A stretch of DNA of 64,000 nucleotides from Amoebophrya sp. A120 (Eukaryota > Protista > Dinoflagellata), in contig CAJINV010000013.1 in NCBI GenBank assembly GCA_905178155.1, positions 2,910,158-2,974,157 on the forward strand, written 5' to 3'. This document shows positions 56,536 to 64,000 of the stretch, piece after piece. The notes beneath the pieces were generated by a model. That model was not told where the DNA came from. It was given only the letters and a program-made list of their open reading frames with translations, and searched no databases. A program made the translations under genes and the position numbers. How positions within the stretch are numbered: the stretch's first letter is position 1; each line of letters opens with the position of its first letter.

Positions 56536-58845
56536 ATGACGCTCACAGCGGGCAACTCGTCGTCTAGCACGGCGTACAACCCGAAGATCACGCGCATCGG
56601 TCTGCACCACAACGTGACCAAGAGAACGCAGCCCTTTTCCTCGGAAGTTAGCAAGGTACTACGTGACTCGTACACAGCAAAAATCTTAATCTTCTGTAGT
56701 TATTCAATGTGCTGGCAAGTAGTCTCCAGCTGGAATGCGCATCATCCGAGAGGCACACGTAAATACTTTTTTTTTCGCGACAAGAAATTATGAAAAAACA
56801 GGTGAGTTTCGGGCGCAAGGGGCAGCCCGGACTTAAGCCGACGGACTTTTCGTGCAGTCTGATCCCATTCTCTTTCCTGACGTTTACATGGGCAACAAGT
56901 GAACCGGGGAAAATCAAGGCGTTAATCAAGTCAGGGGACCATGGTAAGACTCTTAGAGAAACAGTAGCTGTGTTGCGGTTCTATTGCATGACAGTGTAGC
57001 TTTGTGCTGCGTCTTTACGCATGGTAAAGACAAAAACAAAAATGAAATGCGAATCAATTCCTCTTGTGTCGACGAAATAAACCAGATCTTTTCAAGCTGG
57101 ACGGAGATAGAGAGCGAAAAAACGACATTCCCTTGCGGCTCCCGAAAACCCCCGAGGCGCTGAAAAAGCTGGAGGACATAAATTTGAGCACTCCGAAAGG
57201 GCAAAAACCGCCGGTCGTCATCAACCGGGACAGGAAAAACAAAGCGAAAGTTGAGTCCTTGGAAATTTCCCTGGATATCGGCGACAGTTTGATTTTTCAG
57301 GAGAAAATCCAGGAAAACGCGGCGGAGCCGGTGGATCACGTGCTGCAGATCGTCTCCTACAAGCCCACCAGCTCGGTGTCCCAAAAGGCCTTCGTCGCAA
57401 AATATCTGCGACTCAAACACGAAGCCGATAAGGCGGAAGCCAAGAACGCGGAGCTGCAGAGGTATATCTGAGTAAATAGCGCTGTTATTGGGATGGATTG
57501 TTTATTACGGTAAGTTGTGCACGAAAAATGCATAATAAATTTCCTTCGTGGCTTTGCACAAGAACCAGATGCGAAAAATAGAAATTATCTTGTACTTGCT
57601 GATGTCTTTTGGGGAGACGCGAGTCACAAAAATTTTCACCTTAAGGCAATACGCCCCGCTGGTCGCGGAGCTTGCCGCGCCTCCGCAGAAGAAGCAGGCC
57701 GAGCTAGAGACTTTAATCGGGAAAAAGAAGCTACTGCAGACCAGGTGCGAAATGATGGAGAAGAAGTTTGAAAAAGAAGAGACGGCGGCGAAAAACGCCA
57801 ACGAGGGCGAGTTAGAGACAAAGCGAGAAGCCAGGCTGGCGGTGCAACGCGAGATTGAAGAAGTGCAGAGGAGCATTGAGACTGGTAAAGAGCGTAATCA
57901 ACGTTATTCGTTTCTTTTTTAGATCAGGAAAAATTCAGCTCTCACGGTAAGTAACGTGATGTCAAAAATATTATGCGCAAGAATTTAAATTTTATCATGG
58001 ACAAACGCAAAAATTGCTTCTACTTTCACCAATACGATGCGACTACAGAAACACACATGGTGAATCCACACGCGCGCGCGTTGCAGGGGGTCGGGCAGTA
58101 CAAGGGAAAATTCAAGCTGGAAGACGAGAAAGCAGAGGCCGACGTGACCGACCAGATCCAACTGATAAGGAACGCCCAGTACAATTTTTTCTTTACTAGG
58201 CTTTGTTTTGAAAAGTTGGCTGCAAGTTTTTCTACAGGCATGCGCCACGACTTTCGATATTTATAACTTTCGATAGTTAGCTGACCATGCATTCATTTTT
58301 ATTATGTAGCTTCTGCAACTTTATCTGACGCATAAAAGATTTTCTCTCGCTTCTTGCTCCACAACAGGCCCGACACGCTGGATAAAAACGATTTTCTGAA
58401 ACTGAACGCGGATCGAGGCGACCTGTTCGTATGACCTGCAAAAATATCGCACTCGTATAAATGCATTGCAAATAATTATTTCCTCAGCATGAGAAACAAA
58501 ATTTGTAATGCAGATTTGCCTTGGAAACAAGATTTGTATATGCAAGACTTGTATTTAGCATTTGTACGAGTACGATGCTTTTGCACAGGATAGTTCGACG
58601 ACGACGACAAATTCGGGGGAAAGTCACCCAAGCGAAGGAAGTTATCGGGCGCAAACGACACGCCGTTTCTCGCGGACACACCGCTGGGGCTTGTGGAAGG
58701 TCAGACTCCGGGGGCGACGCCCGCATACGAGGGGGGGCAGACTCCGGGGGCAACGCCAGCGTATGAAGCAGCGGGCGAAGAGGACGAAGCAGACAACGAC
58801 TCGTCCCCGGTCGAGGACGAAGAAGACGACTTGTTGGCGGAGTGA
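56536..58845 (+). CDS. Hypothetical nuclear protein with acidic, TP-repeat C-terminus; several GT-AG introns and one introner
   Basis: Exons join through canonical introns (e.g. 56647-56801, ~57463-57645). After removing 58430-58592 the end reads GDLFDDDDKFGGKSPKRRKLS..EGQTPGATPAYEGGQTPGATPAYE..EDEEDDLLAE*. PKRRK resembles an NLS. Confidence 0.65.
58430..58592. mobile_element. Introner, short family H
   Basis: TATGACCTGCAAAAATATCGCACTCGTATAAATGC ... GCATTTGTACGAGTACGATGCTTTTGCACAGGATA; perfect TSD GTTCG. Confidence 0.88.
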
Positions 58846-59946
58846 CCTGGTTTTGTGTCACAACAAGCATCGATAAAGTTTGATTCGCTTCGTCTAACCG
58901 CAAGACATCTTACAGAACTCACTGCGCATGTAGTTGTACGACCTGTTTCACCCTTAACTGCTGCTTGCGAAACTGTGTCACCCCTGTGCGAAACTAACGA
59001 ACGACTACCATCTGAAGAATCTCTGGACTACTTTTTTATCCAGTTCTTGGTCTTGGCTAAACAAGAGTACTACGAATGACGCAAAAGTATTCAGCACTGC
59101 AGTCGCTGTTGCGATTGAAGTATGATACTTGACAGCACGGAAGAATACACCGGCGCAGCTTTCTTGTTTGTACAAGCACCAAACTGCTAGTTTTGTTGGT
59201 TCCATTCTGACGGCGTATCGGCATTGTTATACGGTTGTCTACTTTTGTTTCTTTCTTTCCCCGACCAGAGGTCAGGACGGTTTGAAGAGAGCATACAAGA
59301 GTGAGACGGCTTTTCATTTCATCTCTAGGGAGCTTTTTCGCAACAGCATCAGCATCAGAAGAGAATTGCTATTGTGGAGTGGCACGTACCTAAAAAGGTG
59401 GGAAGACTTTCCCCTTTGCACCCGCTGCCAGAGATGAGAAGCTGCACGAGGATCATTTTTGTTCGAGCGAAGCAAGAACCTGTTTTCTTCGTGTTTCAGG
59501 CACGACGAGGATAATGTACTGACTCATTATTTTGTCGAAGATGGATTCACATTCATCATCAGATTCTTCAAAAATGTGAAGGACAAAAATGCTGCGCGCG
59601 CCTTTGCCGGTGGCCGAGGACGAAAAGGAGGTCGCGGATCCGTGATAGCGAGTGCCGCCTCCGGATCCTGGAATGCCGCAGGAACGTGGAACCGTGTCAG
59701 GTACAGCGAGTGTAGCTGGTCTTTCGGCACGGCGGCGTCCTGGGGGGAGAGGACCACCAAAAATCGCGAAGAATTTTGAAAACCGAGCTCAACTACAGGA
59801 CGAGCTGCACGACGCCGCTGCTGCAGTTTAGGCCGCTGTGGTTTTGTTGAGGTTGTTCCGCGTGTGCGAGGACAGCGGAGTAGCTCCTGTTGCTGCTAAA
59901 AATCCGTAGTACACCACTCGTCTTCGTCATTGTCTTGGGAATAAAA

Positions 59947-62900
59947 ATGGCCGGTGCGGAGCAGGAGCAGCTGGGCGATTTGCGCCGCACGCTAAACGAA
60001 GCGCTGGAGGTGAAGGGCGGCGCTGGGGGTGCCACTCCGAGCGGGAGTGGGCCGCCGAAAAGTACGATGCTCGTGTTACCCGGGTCGCCGGACCATCCAC
60101 GGACAGGTACTGGAGAAAACATCAGTGCGGGGGGAAGCACCCAACACGTGCCGCCGCCCAGCCCGTGTCACTCGGCAATGTACAACTTCATTTATGAAAT
60201 TTGACTAACGCGGCCATCTTCGAATTTGTGCGGACATAAGCCCGGCGTTCTTTGAGTATGTTCGTAGTTGTATTTATTCACGACCGAAAAGTCGGACTTT
60301 TTGATTTTGTTCGGTAGATCATGAGTATTTTGTTTCCATCAGCATGGAAAACAATTCCAACCTCAGCGGCCTGCCGTCCGTTCTCGGGAGTCAGGACGGC
60401 ATTTCGACCGGGCAGATAAATTTTCCCGGATTATCATTATCCTCATCACCATCACCGAACCCGCCGCCAAAAGACGGAGGGGGTGCAGCTACAACTTCTA
60501 CGTCTTCTACTGCCGAAGGTCCAACTAGTAAGGACAAAGAGAAGAAACACAGTCAAAACCAGGTCAACTGCAAGTCTCGTCCGGGATCGATCGCGCAGCA
60601 GTTGCAGGTGGTGCACAAACGCTCGGACATATCGCAAGAAAAAAGTGTTACAGTTACACATTGTGTTGCGAAACAAGCAACACAGGCAACCTCTGTCATG
60701 CCGGATATGTATAGGAGCCTCGTTTCATAGGTGTTTTCCCGTGCGATTTCTGCATTACAAGTTTTCTCCCTCATGCAGAGAAATTTGTGTTGCTGAATTG
60801 ACCACAAATGTGTAACTGTGACACTTTTTTCGTGGGATAGGACACCAGTACCAGCTCAGTAATTTCTTCGTCCCATCGGCACAGCCACAGTCAAATCCTG
60901 GCGATGAACATTGCGGAAGAGAGTGAAGAAAGGGATTGTTCTCATCATGCCGCCCCAGACGGCGGGCTTCTCGGAAGCGGCACAAATGTCCGCACCGGCT
61001 CCTCCGCATCTTCTCCGAGCAACGCAAACACCAATTTTTCGTCATCCGCAAACCAAAACGTCGCGTCGGCCGCCATTCTCTTGCACTCACCGACGACACA
61101 CGACAGCAACAGTGTGGAGAAAAGCGTTTCCACGGGGGGCGATGTTACCGTGGAGAAAAACCTTTCGGGAAATGCGCAGTCTTTGGATTTGCTGGAGGCG
61201 AACCAGACGAAAGGCCTGGGGTTGCAGCAGAGCCACTCCACCCGGAGCGCGCGGCAGGTGTGCTCCCCGCTAGCCCCGATCAAGTCGGAGCGGCACGCCG
61301 AGCAGGTGTCGAAGCAGCTCACTTCGGAGACGGATTACAGCGATAGCAGTGTGCCGCTGGCCGACTGTGAGGCCGCAGGCGCGCACGCCACGCGGTCCAA
61401 CATGATGGGAACGGCGGGGGTGGACGTCGTGCAGAAGATGGACTCGGAGGAGGACGAGAAATTCGCGACGCCGTTCGGCGGCTACTTCTCGGTAAAGTCG
61501 GAGGCCGCGGCGGACGCGGTGGAAAACAGTCCCTATTTCGGCTACGCGTACGGCTTCACGTGGTGGACGTTTGCGATGGTGCTGGGGATCTGCATCGGGG
61601 GGGTCAACCTCTGCTTCCACGCCGCCTACCACAGCATCGAAGACTCGCTCGTCTGGGCGGCCGAAGAACTCTTCTACACCAACGGCGACGACTATCGCAA
61701 GAAAAAAGTGTATATAGTTACACATTGTGTTGCAAGACCGGCAACACAGATCATAACCTTTCTCATGCAGGAAATGCTTGGGAGCCTCGTTTCCTTCCTG
61801 TAATTTTCCCTTATGATTTTCGCATTACTCCCTGCCACACAGATAAAATTTGTGATGCAGAAACTCCAACAAATGTGTAACTGTAGCACTTTTGTCTCGT
61901 GATAACGACGACCGGACCGCAGCGCAGGCGATCTCGTACCACCTCTTCCGCGCGTATCAAATGTAAAAATGTCTGGGTCTGGAAAATTGGAACGTGTAAT
62001 GCGTGTCATGCACTCCTGGAAAATCTGTGTTGCATGAGCAGCAAAACAGAGGCTTTCTTTGTCATGCAAAAACGCAATTTGTAATGCGTGCTAGGCATCA
62101 GCAGACCTCTCAAAAACTTGTCATGCTTGGCTGCCATTGGAAGCGCTTCAATCATGCGCAATTCAGCATCTCAAGTTTCCAGACCCAGACATTTTTACAT
62201 TTGATAGCGCGGTCGGGGTGTTAATTTCCAGCATTTTTGTCGGCGTCGTGGTGTCCATGCTGGTGCCGGAGTGCAGCGGGGGCGGCACGATTTCCGTCCG
62301 CGCGTGTATCGCGCTCGGGTCTTTCGTACCCGCGCACGTCGGACTGGCAAGATTTGCGCTGTCGGCGGTCTACATTGGGTTTGGCAATCCGCTCGGCGCG
62401 GAGGCGCCGACGCTGCACATCTGCGCCGCGGTCAGTTGCTCGCTGTACTGGCTCTGTCAACAGTACCAGAAGATATCCGTCTACTTCCCGGCGGAGAACA
62501 GAACCACGATGGTGATGTGTGATTTTGGAGGATGTGTGTAGAAGTCGTGTTTGGGTCTTGACGATGCTCTGCCTCGTGGTGCAGTCGTGTTGTGTCACGC
62601 ACAAAAGTTTCATCCTGTGCATATGTGTATGAGTAGAGGATTTGGTCGTGAGTCGATTGTTCGCCGGTCCGAAATCTAAATCTTCCTTGTCGACAGGTTA
62701 TCGTCGGCTGCACCTGCGGCCTCGCCGCAGCCTTTTCCGCCCCCATCGGCTCGATCCTGTATGCGATGGAGGAATTTCGGCACTCGCTCGGGGACAGCAA
62801 CATGTACACCACTCTGATCACCACCGCGTCGCTTGTTGCCGTGGTTACCACGCAGTTAGTGGTCACGGGGAAGTTTTACGAAACGTGCGAGGGCGGCACG

Positions 62901-64000
62901 AACGTCGGCAGGGGGAAGTGGGAGGTGTGCACCTGGTTGGCAGTGGCGACCCCGTTAGGGATTGCGGCAGGGTACGTCCCCTTACTCTTCACGAACTGTG
63001 TCCTGTCCCTCCGGTCGAGGTTGCGGAAATACGGGGTGATAAGGCAGATGGTGATCTCCGCCTTGACAACCACCCTGCTCGGAACCTTCTGCTACGAGGT
63101 CAGCCGGGCACTTTTGGTGGAGAAAGAGTTGTGTCCGAAGCAAAACCTCTGTGTGGACGCCGCGAGCAGTGGTGCCACAGCGTCGGCTTCGAGGGCGCTA
63201 CTAGCTGAAGATGAGCAAATAAGTACAGTAGGTACAACTTCATCCACGACGGCCGGGGAACTAGGTGCGGGTTTCTCATCAGCATCTTCCTCAAGATCAT
63301 CGCTAAGCACAATAATAGTACCCGGAAATACAGATACAACTCCCGCGTCTGGCGGCCTGTCCGCATTCTTTTCGTCCACAATAGGAACGATGAGTTCCTC
63401 ATTTTCGTCCTCAACATTTGAGAGGAGGACGCAGCAGAGCATAATAGAAGACACCGCGAGGCAGAGAATCGGTGGGATAGCAGCAGCAGGTGGCGATGAT
63501 GCAAAAATATCAGCTTCGACGAATGTATTTCCTCCAGAAACATCAGCAGGAGCTGCTCCTGCTCCGAGGAGACAACTCGCGTCGTTTGTGCCGTCTTGCG
63601 GCTGGGATGGGGTATGGGGTGCGGGTGGCAGGACGATGGAAGAAATCTTGAAACCAAGGCCGAGGCTAGACAACGACAGGTCGCTGATAATGCCCTTGTT
63701 GATTTGCTGCATCATGTTCTTTGCCTGCAAATTTATTGCGTGCCTCACGGCGGTGGCTTGCGGAGGTATAATTTAATTTGTTCACATTTTGACGACCTTA
63801 TGAAAGCAGAAGCACAGTACTTCAGCGACAATTCTCTTATCATGTCGACGCGGGCGACAAGGCAACAGAGCTGGTGCAGTGCGAGAACACGACCACCGTA
63901 GATGTAAGATACATAAAAATCACAAATAAAGGTAGCGGTGGCGTCTTTGCCCCCGCCCTGGTTCTCGGCGCCGGACTTGGCGGCGCCTACGGTGGGCTCC
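59947..64000 (+). CDS. CLC-family chloride channel / anion-proton antiporter (runs off window end)
   Basis: Motifs PECSGGGTI (GSGIP position), LGAEAPTLHI (GxExP), GCTCGLAAAFSAPIGSILYAMEE and GGSGGVFAPALVLGAGLG. Introners 60630-60839, 61693-61904 and 61955-62206; GT-AG introns 60180-60342, 62512-62696 and 63766-63931. All junctions are in frame. Confidence 0.9.
60630..60839. mobile_element. Introner, family F
   Basis: TATCGCAAGAAAAAAGTGTTACAGTTACACATT ... AATGTGTAACTGTGACACTTTTTTCGTGGGATA; perfect TSD GGACA. Confidence 0.93.
61693..61904. mobile_element. Introner, family F
   Basis: TATCGCAAGAAAAAAGTGTATATAGTTACACATT ... AATGTGTAACTGTAGCACTTTTGTCTCGTGATA; perfect TSD ACGAC; colinear with 60630-60839. 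Confidence 0.93.
61955..62206. mobile_element. Introner, family A
   Basis: TATCAAATGTAAAAATGTCTGGGTCTGGAAA ... TTTCCAGACCCAGACATTTTTACATTTGATA (perfect 31-bp TIR); perfect TSD GCGCG; frame restored (HLFRA-VGVL). Confidence 0.95.

Noticed and set aside
56536-58845. Assignment as a Paf1 or Spt5 ortholog
   Set aside because: Only faint resemblance by recall; no diagnostic domain motif, so no gene symbol is given.
3318-62206. Group I/II self-splicing introns, or ciliate-type IESs
   Set aside because: There are no GUGYG...AY ends or conserved cores. The boundaries are variable 5-bp TSDs outside TIRs rather than the TA repeats of Paramecium IESs. DNA-level excision is not formally excluded.
8850-62224. 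Apparent small-protein family with recurring peptides (FQTQTFL, PDPDIF, KMSGSG, SIWGGGIF, KNVPTP)
   Set aside because: These are translations of introner TIRs in different frames and strands, not genes.
1-64000. Dinoflagellate spliced-leader relic, rRNA, tRNA or snRNA genes
   Set aside because: None recognised by eye; a covariance-model search would be needed to exclude them.

Overview
This is eukaryotic genomic DNA, not prokaryotic. About ten protein-coding genes lie on the + strand, interrupted by ordinary GT-AG introns and by at least 25 short (157-351 bp) non-canonical introns that look like MITE-type DNA transposons (introners). These elements start TAT (TAC in two), end ATA (ATG or ACA in three), carry terminal inverted repeats (TIRs) and sit between 5-bp direct repeats (target-site duplication, TSD; perfect in 20 of 25). 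Removing the element plus one TSD copy rejoined the reading frame in every case I translated by hand. They fall into about 8 TIR families that share an internal TGTNATGC/GCATNACA motif, and one family occurs in both orientations inside + strand genes. The architecture best fits a syndinian parasitic dinoflagellate such as Amoebophrya (inference), where IR/DR-bounded introners have already been described. The class is therefore not new, but no transposase is visible here and the splicing rule cannot be fixed from DNA alone. Recognisable genes are a MATE transporter, a ~3100-aa multi-pass membrane protein, an RS/SR-rich protein, a type-B carboxylesterase and a CLC anion transporter. There is also a gene-poor repeat island (16.6-25.1 kb) with segmental duplications, a TIR element spanning an assembly gap and long intergenic introner relatives, plus a tripartite satellite containing a palindrome array (55.4-56.4 kb). 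All coordinates and alignments were read by eye.
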